This document shows positions 36,995 to 50,405 of a stretch of 64,000 nt of DNA, piece after piece. Source of the DNA: Podarcis vaucheri (taxonomy: Eukaryota); the NCBI GenBank assembly GCA_965113315.1, contig OZ220366.1. One strand, written 5' to 3'. The translations under genes were made by a program, and so were the position numbers. Below the pieces are notes generated by a model. It saw nothing but the letters and a program-made list of their open reading frames with translations, was not told the origin of the DNA and searched no databases. Every line of letters begins with the position of its first letter. The first letter of the stretch is position 1.

Positions 36995-37499
36995 CTGAAA
37001 GAGAGGAGACCTGAATTTTAAAAATTACATAAATGCAAATTACATAAAATTACAAACTGATTTACTGCAGTATGGTGTCTTATGGGCACAGACCATATAG
37101 CTCCTTAGTATTTTATGCAGAAGTCTGCTGAAGGAAATCTATTTCAAGTATATCATTTCCCAAAAAACCAATGGAACTGAACTGCTTACTGGGCTCTGGG
37201 AAGCTCTTGCAAGATCTACCAAAAACCAGTAAGCAAGTCTTACAGCTCAGAAGCTCTTTCTGCACTGGGAAAACACTGTGTAAAAAGACTTTTAAGCTCC
37301 TGCCTTCTGTGCTTTTAATTTGTGTGATTTCAACTGACCAGCCTTCAACTGGGCAAAGTTGAAATTGTACAAGTTAAAGGTCCATAAGTTACCCGTATTC
37401 AGAGGAGAGAGGGATAGAAATAGGCATTGAGAGTGAAGGGGCACATGATAGCAATTCAAAGGTTTGAAGCACTGTAGGGTAACACATGTGCTGAAGACA

Positions 37500-40341
37500 C
37501 TATGTATAAGTATTTATATGATAATGCTAGAAGACAAGCTAAGTTAGATGACAGAATAGATACAGTGGGTATAATGGAAACTTGGTGGAATGGAGAGTGC
37601 CAGTGGGACATGATGATCTCTGGACACAGACTCTATACATGGTCTAGAACTGAGGCTGCTCTGTTTAACAGAGAGAACACAAGTCCAACAAGCTAGAAAC
37701 CCCAAAAGGGGCAGGTTCCTTCACAGAAATGGGGGGGGGGGCATTATACAGCTCCCAAAAGTAATTTAGCACTGAGGATCCCCCGGACCAAAATGCCCAG
37801 GGTAATATTAAAATAAAGGATTAAATCAATGAGGCATCCAAATGAGAAAATGCCACAGTAATGGGAAATTTCAGTAACCCACGCATATAATGGACTACAT
37901 GCATTTTCTAGTAATAAAAAAGAAATAAAATTTCTAGATATCCTAAATGACTGTTTCCTAACAGGTGGTCATTGTACCAACTAGAGGGGTGGCAACCCTA
38001 GACTTAGAACTTAAGCAAAACTCAGGACCAGGTGGAAGATGTGTTAAGCAGATTGGAAACAATTGCCGCAGTGCTATCAAATTCAACATATATTTAAATT
38101 GCCAAGAAAAATCCAACACAGTCACATTTTATTTCAAAGGAGGAAACTTTGCCAAAATAAGGTGATTGGTAAAATGGAAGCTGAAAGTCAAGAGGGACAA
38201 GTCTCTCCAGAATCCCCAGGGTTGTTCAAAGCCACAATAATAGAAGCCTAGCTAGAATATATTCCACAGATCTGGAAAGGTACCACCAGGGTCATTAAGA
38301 TGCTGGTGTGGTAAAGAGCAGAGTCAAGGAAGCTATCAGGGGCAGGAAGGATTCCCTCAGAAAATGGAAGTCTAGTCCAAAAGAAAGGCAGACAGACCAA
38401 TAAATAATAAACCAATGAAACCAATAAATGATAAAAACAAGGATTGACAAAAATTATTTAATTACATTCAAAGCAGGTGACTGCATAGGGAGGTAGTCAG
38501 GCCTTTGGATGACAAAAGAGCCAAATATGTGCTAAACAAGTAAAAGGAGATTGCAGAGGAGCTGAATCAATTATTTGTCTTCACTGTGCAAGATGTAGGG
38601 AAGACACCTGTGCCTGAATAAACTTGCATGGAGGTTTTTTTTAAAAGAAGAAGAAGTGAGGCAAATGGTGGTGACAAGTTCTAGGTCTTTTTCACAAATT
38701 AGAAACTGAAAAATCATCTGGTCCAGATGGCACCCAAGAGTTTTGAAATGTGAAATTGCTGAACTTATAACAAAAACATGAAAACTGTTAATTAACCTCC
38801 ATACCTGAGGACTCGGCAGTGGATTTTTAAAAAAGGATCTGGGGTGGGGTTGGGGTTCCTGGGAAACTGCAGGTCAATTATCTTAACATCTGTTCCACAA
38901 AAACTGGTGGAAAGAATTGTTATGCCTTGCTGAAGCAGAACCAGAAGAGTTTCTGCAAGGGCAAGTCCTGTGTTATTACAGTTCTCTCTTTGAGTATCAA
39001 CAAGCATATAGGAAGAGGTGATCCAGTTGACATGCTGTCTTACTACCTTAAAAGTTGACTTAATAATTTCAAAAAGCTGCAGGTAAGTATCCAGTTGACA
39101 TGCTGTCTTACTACCTCCAGTTGACATGCTGTCTTACTACCCAAGACTCCTGAATAAACTTAGCAATCATGGAGTAAGAGAAGTCCTCTTATGGATCAGG
39201 AATTAGTTAAGAAACAGAAAGCAGAGTAGGAATAAATGGACAGTTCTCCCAATGCAAGGATGAAGAAAGTGAAGGCCAACAAGGATTGAGGCCTTTGCTT
39301 TTTACTTTTTAATGACCTGGAGTTAGGGGTGAACAGTGAGGTAGCCAAGTTTGCTGATGATACCAAATTGCTGAGCTCCAAAAGGATCTCTACAAACTGG
39401 GTGAAAGAGCAGTAAAACGGCAAATGCAATTTATTGTAAGCAAGTGTAAAATGATGCACATTGGGGCAAATTTTTACCCCTCATTTAACATATAGGCTAA
39501 TGGGGTCTGAAATGGCAGTGACTGACCAGGAATGAGACCTTGAGGTTGTAGAGGGTAACTCGATGAAGATGTTGACCCGACCCAGTGTGCGGCAGCTGTG
39601 AAAGAGGCGAATTTCATGTTAGGGATCATCACGAAAGGGACTGAAAATTTAACTGCCAATATCACAATGCTGTTATAACAAATATATGGGGAGACTACAC
39701 TTGGAATACTGTGTACAGTTTCTGGTCACCTCCCCTCAAAAAGGATACTGCACAGCTGGGACAAAAAATTCAGAAAAGAGGGAACTAAAGTGATCATGGG
39801 GTTGGAGTAACTCCCCTGAGGAAACATAAAGGGATTTTAAGTTTAGGGGGGAAAGATGAGTGGTGGGAGTGGGGACGTGAGAGCGGTGCATAAGATTAGG
39901 TGTGTCATGGAAAAAGTGGCAGGCAGAAAACTCTCCCTATTATATAGTACTAGAACTCAGGGGAAGTCAATGAAGCTGAATGTTGGAAGATTCAGGACAA
40001 AAGAAAGTACTTCTTCGCATAGCGCATAGTTTAAACTATGGTATTCGCTCCCACAAACGTAGTGATGGCCACCAACTTGGATGGCTTTAAAAGAGGATTA
40101 GACAAATTCATGGAGGATCAGGCTATCAATGGTGTCTAGCCACGATGGCTATGTTCTAACTCTACGGTTGGAGGCAGTATGCCTCTGAATATCAGTTGCT
40201 GGGAATCGCAGGAAGGGAGAGTGCTGTTGCACTCAGGTCCTGCGTAGGGGCTTCCCATAGGGATCTTGTTGGCCACTGTAAGAACAGGATGCTAGATTAG
40301 ATGAGTCTTTGGCTTGATCCAGAAGAACTCTTCTTATGTTC
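37500..40341 (+). mobile_element. CR1 LINE, long degenerate ORF2 (endonuclease to RT) and 3' end
   Basis: IDTVGIMETWWN endonuclease motif, VAKFADDTKL RT motif near 39340, CR1-type tail ending cttcttatgttc; many stops and frameshifts. Confidence 0.9.
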
Positions 40342-40743
40342 ATTACAATCATGACACTCGAAGCACTCTAGCAATTGAAGAAAAAGTGGGACAGAATTTT
40401 TTTTAATGAATTTTTGTAGCTTAAGGTTTTAACCCAAATAAAGGCATATAGGGAAAAGAGGTGTCCTGTATACTCACTATTTCAAAACTTGTCAAAAAAG
40501 GGGGAAAAGAGTACTATATTAAAGAAGGGAAAGGATAAGGATTCCAGAGAAGCCATGCCTGCATACTTATTGGACTTCTGCTCATGCGATGGATAAATTC
40601 ACCCAGATGGTCCCTACTCTATAATAACAAACATCTTCCCTAAAATTTACGTGCCTGAGTATTAAATACCTCTGGTTGCTTGTTTGCCTGCAACAAAATA
40701 TCTTTATAAAGAACTTAAGTCCTTTAGGAAACGTCTTGCTCAC

Positions 40744-40870
40744 CCTGCTGCCCCTGCGGCGTCTGTGAGATGATGAACTGTGCTGGTTGCAAGTTGGTTG
40801 TTGGATGCACCAACACAAACTGTTGCAGGTTGAGATTCTGTTGTTGGAGCTGCTGCAGGTGCTGCAAATC
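40744..40870 (-). CDS. POU2F1: Oct-1 exon 7: [42 protein letters not shown]
   Basis: AG/GT boundaries, 127 nt, Gln-rich activation region. Confidence 0.98.
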
Positions 40871-42218
40871 CTTGAAGAAGCAAAACGGAATTAAGAGTTT
40901 TTCAAACTTAAACAGTCATTCCCTCCCCTTCAAAAGCAAAACAAACCCATTAGGAAAAGAACCGTGATCCAAAATTCTTACTCTGCAAACACAGGGCATC
41001 TGAATTTAATAGCACATAAAAAAATGAACATATACTAATTCATAGAATCATAGAATGACCTGGAAAAAGTTGCTAACGCAAAGGAACAACAGCAAAGTAT
41101 TGATTTAAGGATGTAGTCCTCCTCTTGAGGGTTTCAGCATATCATCAATTTCACTAATAGAAACAAAATTTTAGCATCAGCAAATGTTGAAGTTTTAGGC
41201 TGCCACGGAGCTCTGCTTGTCCCCAGGCTCCTTCAGTTTTTGTATCTGCCCGCAGGTGATGGGGGCTTTGGTAGGAAATGACTAGTGCAGCCATCAACAG
41301 CCCACCAGGCTCATCAACCCTGCTCATAAGGAGACCTGCTGGAATTTTATGCCAGCTGCATCATTCAAGCAGAGGGATGCTACTGGAAATCTGCCTTTGC
41401 TTTCTCATACATCCGCTTCCAGGCAAGCAGCAGCTACAAAACAGTGGTGAGAGAAAGTACATACCATCTCCTTCCTCTTGGCCCTAGTCTGCCCCACCCA
41501 CAGAAGTGGATCCCACAATTGTTTATGTGGGGACATGTTCATCATATGGGAGGGGGAGGGGAAGTAAACATGGAACAATATGGTGTCTGGGCAGTAATCA
41601 ACCTCAATCTATGGCCATGTTTCACACATCAGAGAATTAACTCTCGGAATCCTACTGACTTGATGGCTTTTGTAGGTCTGGTAAGAAGCCAACAGACTCA
41701 AAACACTAGCCCATTGTACCACCATGATAAAAAAGAGATAGCAAGAACTTGAGTGGTAAGAACATATTATGAAAAATGAGAAACAATTTCCTCGCAGCAT
41801 GCTAAATTGTGTTTTGTTATGTACCTTCTATCTATCAGGATGTGGTATAATTTGTATTAGCTCTGTAAACTGCCTTACCAGTAGGTGAACAGAGAGCTAT
41901 AAACACTACTATATAAATGTTAGGGAAAAAACCCTGCTAGCATTTATTCCATTTATTCATATTCTCACAGAAGATTTCTTGCAATGATCGCAGCTAGAGT
42001 TGTGTGTGTAAAATCAGTTAAATATAATGATGTGTCTGAAACGGAGATCAGGTCAGTGAATCAATTATTCAAGAACAGGGCTATAAAAACAAACAATTAT
42101 TTGGATAATGTATTTATAATAGTAATCCAAACAAGCTAAGCAGGGCTCTGTTGTAAGCGATTGATGAAGTCCATGTACTCCAAATATCAGTGGAAAAAGT
42201 GACGGACTTCAGATAGAG

Positions 42219-42244
42219 ATATATATATATATATATATATATAT
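42219..42244. repeat. (AT)n microsatellite
   Basis: Directly visible. Confidence 0.95.
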
Positions 42245-42519
42245 CAGCAACCCTATAAGGTAGATTAAGGTGACAGGTAAGGAAGTGGTCCTAAGTGACC
42301 CAATGAGTAGGTAACTGAACTCAGGTCTCCCAGGTTTAATTATAATACTACACTGGCTCTCAACTTTCATTTTTGCTCCTTGTGACCATGGTCTACCAGA
42401 ATTATTAACTATACTTATATGCCACTCAAAAGCAGAGTTCACATGGAGACTTGCAACTAGAAATAAAATAATTAAAAATTCATTAGCAATGTGCAGCATA
42501 CAAGTCCAAGAAATTTAAC

Positions 42520-43910
42520 TTTACATTGATTTCATATACATCTCAAAGTGATTCATACCATACACTAAAAATCACTAAGAATAGGCTTAAAAACAATATA
42601 AAGGTACCCCTGCCCTTACGGGCCAGTCGTGTCTGACTCTAGGGTTGCGCGCCCATCTCACTTATAAAAACAATATACAAATCAACTAAAGATAGGCAAG
42701 AAACCTAGTTCCCATCCCTACTCACGCCCAGCTGGAAAAGCTTGTTGAAACAAGAATGTCTTCAATTGTTTCTGGAAATTACAAACAGAGGGCACCTGCT
42801 GTATCTCAACAATGATCCTGTTACACAAACAGTCACACTGAAAACCCTGCAACATATTGTCATGGCTAGAACTTCTGATATTTTTAGGGTTTCAAGAACA
42901 GCCCCAATTGCAAAGAAATAACTTGCTGGGCATATGGAGGGTAAGGCAGTCTCTCAAATAACTTGGTCCAGAGATGCTTAGGGCCTTATACATTAGTACC
43001 GAAATCTGTATTGGCTGCCTGGACTGGAAGCAGCTTGGCAGCCAATGCAGATTCCAAAGACAAGGAGATATATGCTGGCAGTAGTCTGCCCCCACGAATT
43101 GGAGCATACTTCCAAGCATCTTGTTTATGTCGGCAGGCTGCAAAAACTGAAACTGATCTCACAAAAAGGCTTAGTGGATGACTGGAAATCTCACTTGGAG
43201 CTGCATAAATCATGGAATCAAGCACATTATGGAGGTGAGTGACTTCATTCTCTAAAGTGTCTAGAAAGCAAAAGTCCCTGGGGGCTCCTGAGCTCCATTC
43301 ACTAGTACAGGAGTCCAGAGCCAACAGACCACTCTGAAGAACTCTGCTATGTAGTTATTCAGTGGTGCAATGGAGACAGTGAAGTAGGCCCTCCTTGCTG
43401 CTTTCACTACTGCAAAGTAGGCATGATTATGTGCTCTAACACAGCATTTGAGAGGATGCTCAGAAGGAACCATATCTATGGCCCTCCACATCTCACCATT
43501 CCCCAGTGAAATGAGGGCCTTGGCAGGTTTGCCTGTTTCACCCATCAGAAAATACCTATAGCATTCAGGAATCCCTAAGTGGTCCACCCTAATTGGTCCT
43601 CCACCCCTGCAGGGGGGAACTGGTGTCAGCTCAAGCTTCACCAGGAAGTGGTCTGATGATGACAAAAGGGGCACAGAAACACCTCCTCATTTCCAGGCAT
43701 CCAACCTCACCACCAGGAGCAAAAACCAAATCAGGAGTGTGTTCTGCATTGTGTGTCAGGTCAATGATCACTTGAAACAACCCCATGGTTGCCATGAAGC
43801 CCTGAGTTGGATCAAGAACCAAACTGCATATGTGAGTCTCGTTCAGATTTAACAGCCGAATCATGGTTTGGTTCTTGTGAACAGCTTTGTGCCCACAACC
43901 TCCCTTCAAT
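42520..43910 (-). mobile_element. Degenerate, internally deleted L2 LINE
   Basis: Minus-strand ORFs give HISPCLWNLHWLP (ORF2 C-terminus) and MATMGLFQVI...HTPDLVF, SDHFLV (endonuclease). Boundaries approximate. Confidence 0.8.
42600..42664 (-). mobile_element. Sauria SINE 3' fragment inserted in the L2 tail
   Basis: aaggtacccctgccc...gactctagggttgcgcgcccatctc; flanked by repeated aaaaacaatata. Confidence 0.7.
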
Positions 43911-44380
43911 GTCCTCTCTCATTTCTGGGTTTGAAATACTACATTTTATTACCAAACCAGAATTAGAAACTCATTTCAAACCATGGTTGTCTCCAAACCA
44001 GAATGGGAAAATAATGGTTTGCATAAACTTTAATTTACCCACTTTGGATGTCACACCAAATTGTTGCTTGCAAAAATCAGGAAATGAGGAAAGGAAGCGG
44101 AGTGGAAAGAGCAAGTTCTCAAATGTAAAAACTGTTTATAAGAGCCAGATTATTTGACCTGAATGTTGCCATGCCTGCATTTTATAAAAGGAAACTTGTA
44201 GCTTTCAGTAACAGGGATGTGTGGTCTTTGGAAATCAGAGGACCAAGCAGACTATGTTGCCAAGGTATTCAAAACACTGCCTTGTGAGCCCTTATTCAGT
44301 TGCACTGCGAACAAAAGAGTAACAAAAGAGACATATTAGGGCAGGCCAACATGATCAATGGTTCGAAAGACAAAGCTCAC

Positions 44381-44560
44381 CTGTGCAATTTGTATCGGTT
44401 GAGATAGAGGGATTTGTGTCATGGGCGTTGCAGCAGAAGCTGAGATGGTGGCGCCTGCAGCATTGTGCTGCTGACTGGCTGAATGCTGCACTGCAGCTGC
44501 CAGCAACTGTGCCTGTGCCTGTTGTATCAATAATTGCTGCTGGGCTGGTGTTAACGTGAG
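44381..44560 (-). CDS. POU2F1: Oct-1 exon 6: [60 protein letters not shown]
   Basis: AG/GT boundaries, 180 nt. Confidence 0.98.
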
Positions 44561-45992
44561 CTAGGAACAAGTTTTAGGACAGTAGTTAATAGCACGAAAC
44601 ATCATCCCTTTTACAAACCATCGCTATTTATTTCTGACCAGTTGCCTTCAAACAAGCCACCGTATACAGGGAGCAGATGTTTATTCCAGGTAAGATAAAA
44701 ATCAACCAATCTATCAACCTATATTTCACCTCATCTAAATGGTACTGGCATAAGCATTGTATCATTGTGACCACTGCATTATTGTGGCACTGCTTCAATA
44801 TTAATGTGAAAAAGGTAATTAGCTAGCAAGCAATGGAAAGAAACAGCCCTGACAGGAAATAGCAAGCAAAAGAACAAGCCATCACTGACAGGCTTTGAAA
44901 GGAAATTTACACCCACCAGAAGCAGAAGCGATTAGCCAGATGAATGAGAAATAGCAATACTGGCTGTGGTTACCAAACAAACTGATAATACTCCAGCTGC
45001 TTCACATTAGCATGAATCCCTGGCATGTTTCATCATTTCCATTATGCCTTAAGATATAGCTGAGGAACATGTGCACCATTTGTTCCCCTCCAAGTCAACC
45101 CCCCTCTTCCGTCTGCCTTTTTGTTTTGATAGGATTGAGCTGGTAGGTTGACATCTCTGCAGGTTTCCAAACACACATTATCTCTATGAAACAGGTGGCG
45201 TTGGACTCCCTTCGATACATGAATATTCTTCCCTGTTTCTGTATAGAAAGAGCCCTTACCTTCAAAGACCTGGATCTAGTTTCAATGTAGCAAAGAGCAG
45301 TTAGGCAAAATGACATTTAATGCACTTGGACTAATTTTTACTGTATGCTTATAAAAAGTGCTATAAGTAAAAGCCATGAAAAAAACTGTATTCAGATTAC
45401 AGCAAAAGCCCACTATATATGGAAAACAGCCATCTGTAGAGCTTTAAGGCGAAGGATCTGGCATAAATAGAAAACACGGCCAGTCAATATTGACAATACT
45501 AAGGTAGACAGACCACTGCTCTGAGTTGGTACAAAGCAGTTTTCTATATGTCTATAAATAGAACTAAATTCAAAGCAGTGTCATCTGATTTACATGTTAC
45601 ATATACCTTTCAAAGATAAATAATATAGGGAGAAAAGTCTCTGATTAACTGCATGTCTCAAATTTTGAAAACAGCAGAAGTGATTTATCAGTTTTTAGTC
45701 TCCCAAGTTGTTGTAGCATACTTTTTTTTTGCAATTGAAAGAAACACTGATAGCTTACATAAAGAGTTCTCCATCCAATGAGAACTGTTAATAGGTGGAT
45801 TTAAACCTCATTTTGTGTATGGAAAAGGAAATTCCAGAAAACTTAAGAGTGTGGTTACATCAACAATAGCACTGTGGTAAAATGGTTGATCAAACAGTCA
45901 TAAATATGATCGAGACATTGTAACAGCGATACTAACTTCTTTTCCCTCTTCACTGTGACTAGGTCACAGAAGAAAGCAAATATGGAGCAAGA

Positions 45993-46263
45993 CAGGGGTC
46001 AGCAACCTTTTCCAGCCGTGGGCCGGTCCACCGTCCCTCAGACCATGTGGTGGGCTAGACTATGGTGGTGTTGTTTTTTTTTTTTTTGGGGGGGGGAAGA
46101 TGAACGAATTCCTATGCTCCACAAATAACCCAGAGATACATTTTAAATAAAAGCACACATTCTACTCAGGTAAAAACACACTGATTCCCGGACCGTGCAC
46201 GGGCCGGATTGAGAAGGCGATTGGGCCGCATCCAGCCCATGGGCCTTAGGTTGCCTACCCCTG
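45993..46263. mobile_element. hAT MITE with perfect 8-bp target site duplication
   Basis: TIRs caggggtcagcaacct / aggttgcctacccctg; GAGCAAGA at 45985-45992 and 46264-46271. Confidence 0.93.
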
Positions 46264-46941
46264 GAGCAAGATAAACACTCCCTCCTCCACCCCCGAAATT
46301 AATCTAAAAGAAGAAATTCCCTATAAATTGTTGACTTCTTGAATCAACATACTGTGTTAAAAATCACCCTTATACTCATCAGCAAAGTAGAGAACTAGCA
46401 TCTGATATGGTAGGTTTCATATTGTATATATCAACTTTCCAGATAGATTACACAGCAATAACCACTATATCAAAAATAAAATTACAGAATTTAAAAACTA
46501 CTCCCCATCTACAATTGTATCAGCTAATTTCTAATATATCAACCTGATTTCTAAAAGATAGTGGTGGAAGGATTAACAGAGCCTCCCTAGACAGAAAGTT
46601 CAAAGAAGGTAAGCTACAATGGAGAGGGTTCTACTTTTGCTCCCGAAGACAACTTTTCTCATGGCATGGGCACATAGCACAAGGTCTCCTCCAGCAAATC
46701 TCAAGAGATGTGGCAATTTCTCCAGATAGGCTGAACTCAGACAATATAGGCCTAGAAGAAAACAGATCCATGGATTGGGATACCATAATCCACAGCATCA
46801 AGTGCCACTGAGAGACCCATCAAACCAATAGGGAGATTTTCTCCGGCCACATTCACCTGGAATGATAAAGCAACAATCTACACTGTCTAATACAACAACA
46901 TGAGTTGGTGGCTCATTACAATTCACTTGGACTCATCTTAC

Positions 46942-47061
46942 CCCAGTGATCTGTCCTCCGGCCAGCATGAGCTGGGTCTGGGGTATGGCCGCCTGTACTG
47001 AAGGCTGCTGGGAAGGCTGGCTTGGCTGCTGACTGTCCCCAGATTCTTCATTAGGTTTAGA
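46942..47061 (-). CDS. POU2F1: Oct-1 exon 5: [40 protein letters not shown]
   Basis: AG/GT boundaries, 120 nt. Confidence 0.98.
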
Positions 47062-47112
47062 CTAGGAAAGAAAATATACAAGCTTTTGTAGAACAGAATG
47101 GGCATCACTGTA

Positions 47113-47363
47113 AAGAAGAAGAGGAGTTTGGATTTGATATCCCGCCTTTTACTCCCCTTCAGGAGTCTCAAAGCGGCTAACATTCTCCTTTCCCTTCCTC
47201 CCCCACAACAAACACTCTGTGAGGTGAGTGGGGCTGAGAGACTTCACAGAAGTGTGACTGGCCCAAGGTCACCCAGCAGCTGCATGTGGAGGAGCGGAGA
47301 CGCGAACCTGGTTCACCAGATTACGAGACTACTGCTCTTAACCACTACACCACACTGGCTCTC
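47113..47363 (-). mobile_element. Full-length tRNA-derived SINE (Squam3-like)
   Basis: Head gagagccagtgtggtgtagtggtt (A box), ggttcgcgtct (B box-like), (CTT)n tail. Confidence 0.9.
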
Positions 47364-48589
47364 ACAGCCATTATCATAGTTTATTGTAATATGAGGAGGG
47401 ATGATATTAACAAGATTTTTGGTTATCAATAAGATAAAAAGCTGCTTATTTCAACAACTTGTTTTCGTAGGTAACTGTAGATAACAGGTAGGAGGAAGAA
47501 ATGCTAATTTGGTATTGTAGCCCTAAGCCAATATTTCCACGTATCAGAATGGAAGAAAAAAACGCTGCTGTTACTTTAAATCATTAACAAAAACAGGGGC
47601 TTGATTGTAGTTGGAGAGAGACAGAGGACCTCCAGTTCTGCCCCCTCAAAACACATATACATATGCTCAAGAAAATTTCCTATTTAGTACTTGATTTGAA
47701 GGCACGGCCTTTAAAGTTTCTAAGCTGTCCCAGTCATTGCCATACTACAGACAGATCTGCACACACCTGTACCAAACTGCCCAATTCCTAGTCAATGTGA
47801 AACTCAGTAATCAGCAGCATGCAAGTTTTGGATTAGTGCAGTAGATTTTTCTTTTATACATTTTATAATAATTCATAAACATAGTATTTCAAACTAAACA
47901 AGGTACTAGCTTGAAAAACCTTAGGTGTTGAATTGCATCCAGGAACAAAAACAAACACTCGCCACACATCTTGTCTCCAAGAAACAGAGTTTGGTATTTA
48001 TATAGGCAAACACAGTTCATTTATTTAAAACCATCTTATGAAAGATGAAATTACTGTAGCCATGAGGGAAAAATGCAAGTGAGAAAGCACATGAAAAGGA
48101 AAAACAAGGAGAGGGGGTTTATGGTAATTAAAACTGCTTATGCAGAACATTAAAATTCTGCATAGATTTGCATATTTTCCACCACCTGTTTTGGGGACTG
48201 CAGAGCAGGCTAATTAACATAGAGGCTCTGATTAATTCTGCCAGTCATTGAGAGATAATTACAGCACAGGACTGTAAACATTCTGCACTGGAGATATAGC
48301 CTGTTTGCCAACATATCTCTCAGGGACTCAAAGTTTGCCATGGCAACCAAGGCAATTTTCAGCCTCTCTCTTTTAGAGAGGAAGGTCACTATCTCGCCTC
48401 CTTTCAAAATTATCATATGTAACTAGGTGCATGTTCTAGGGGGTTTCAAGAATGCTCTACCCTAGTTCCTTAGCACTCATAGAGAATGACACCACTTCAC
48501 AATAATACTATTTTCCTTCCCCTTTGATGCATTGCCTGAATATTTTAATGAAAGGCAGCAAGCAGTAGATTATAACGCTTTAAGGCATC

Positions 48590-50014
48590 CTACACCTTCC
48601 AGTCGGGATTCAGGCCTCATCATAGGACTGAAACTGCCTTGGTCGCACTGACCGATGATCTCCAGCAAGCTAGGGAAAAGGTGAGAGCTGTTCCCTACTT
48701 TTGCTGGATCTCTCAGCAGCTTTTGATACCATTGACCATAACATCCTTCTGGACTGTCTAGAGGGGCTGGGAGCTGGAAGCACTGTTATACAGTGGTTCC
48801 GCTCCTTCCTCTTGGACCATGTTCAGAAAGTGGTGGTGGGGGATGAGAGTTCAGATCCCTGGGCTCTCACTTGTGGGGTGCCTCAGGGGTCTGTCCTCTC
48901 CCCCATGCTTTTCAACATCTACATGCAGCTGCTGGGAGAGATCATCAGGGGATTTGGGCTGGGTGTTCATCAATATGCGGATGATACCCAGTTCTACCTC
49001 TCATTCAAATCGGAACCAGTGAAGGCAGTGAAGGTCCTGTGTGAGTGTCTGGAGGCGGTTGGAGGATGGATGGTGGCTAACAGATTGAGGTTGAATCCTG
49101 ACAAGACAGAAGTACTGTTTTGGGGGGACAGGAGGCGGGCGGGTGTGGAGGACTCCCTGGTCCTGAATGGGGTAACTGTGCCCCTGAAGGACCAGGTGCG
49201 CAGCCTAGGAGTCATTTTGGACTTGCAGCTGTCCATGGAGGCACAGGTTAATTCTGTGTCCAGGGCAGCTGTTTACCAGAGCCAGTATGGTGTAGTGGTT
49301 AAGAGCGGTAGTCACGTAATCTGGGAAACCGGGTTCGCGTCTCCGCTCCTCCACATGCAGCTGCTGGGTGACCTTGGGCCAGTCACACTTCTGTGAAGTC
49401 TCTCAGCCCCACTCACCTCACAGAGTGTTTGTTGTGGGGGAGGAAGGGAAAGGAGAATGTTAGCCGCTTTGAGACTCCTGAAGGGGAGTGAAAGGCGGGA
49501 TATCAAATCCAAACTCTTCTTCTTCATCTTGTACACAGGCTGAGATCCTACCTGCCTACGGACTGCTCACCAGAGTGGTGCACGCTCTGGTTATCTCCCA
49601 CTTGGACTACTGCAATGCGCTCTATGTGGGGCTACCTTTGAAGGTGACCTGAAAACTACAACTAATCCAGAATGCGGCAGCTAGACTGGTGACTGGGAGA
49701 GGCCACCGAGACCACATAACACCGGTCTTGAAAGACCTACAATGGCTCCCAGTATGTTTCTGACAGTTCCCTCACTGCAAGAAGCCAAGTTACAGGGAAG
49801 CAGGCAGAGGGCTTTCTCGGTAGTGGCACCCGCCCTGTGGAATGCCCTCCCACCAGATGTCAAAGAGAACAAGAACGACCAGACTTTTAAAAGACATCTA
49901 AAGGCAGCCCTGTTTAGGGAAGCTTTTACTGTTTGATGGATTACTGTATTTTAATATTTTGTTGGAAGCAGCCCAGAGTGGCTGGGGAAACCCAGCTAGA
50001 TTGACAGGGTATAA

Positions 50015-50015
<1 letters not shown>
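48590..50015 (+). mobile_element. 5'-truncated L2 LINE with RT domain, interrupted by a SINE
   Basis: ORF 48701-49396 has LDLSAAFDTIDH, GVPQGSVLSP, QYADDTQ; 3' end followed by a (TTA)n tail. Confidence 0.93.
49278..49525 (+). mobile_element. Full-length Squam3-like SINE nested in L2
   Basis: Near-identical to the reverse complement of 47113-47363; splits the L2 ORF2. Confidence 0.92.

Positions 50016-50016
<1 letters not shown>

Positions 50017-50064
<48 letters not shown>
50017..50064. repeat. (TTA)n microsatellite (L2 tail)
   Basis: Directly visible. Confidence 0.95.
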
Positions 50065-50065
<1 letters not shown>

Positions 50066-50351
50066 GTTTAAGCAGTCAGCTGCATCTTGCAGACAACAGA
50101 AGAGCAACCAATTTCAGATTTTAACTATAAATCTTTATTATTATAAAGAAAAACCCAAAGTGATTAAAGTAAGGCCATGCTGACCATCTTATTTCAGCTC
50201 CAACTCTTGGGAGTTTTTCAAACATCTTTTAATGACAAACAGGACTTCTGTACTGAACGACATTTGTTAATGGCTGCCAAACTCTCCCATTGGTACTGCA
50301 AAAAGAAAAGTAGAAAGAAAAAAATGTTGATGCAGACGCAAAAGCACTTAC

Positions 50352-50405
50352 CTGTACATTTAAAGACTGGGCAGCAGCCTGTAAACTTGATCCAGGGAGC
50401 TGAAC
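50352..50405 (-). CDS. POU2F1: Oct-1 exon 4: VQLPGSSLQAAAQSLNVQ
   Basis: ttttatag acceptor, gtaagt donor, 54 nt. Confidence 0.96.

Noticed and set aside
49278-49350. tRNA gene
   Set aside because: tRNA-like head of a SINE, continuous with SINE body and tail; same for 47290-47363.
48701-49396. 231-aa reverse transcriptase ORF as a host gene or active element
   Set aside because: Fragment of a truncated L2 whose frame runs into an inserted SINE; stops and a deletion follow.
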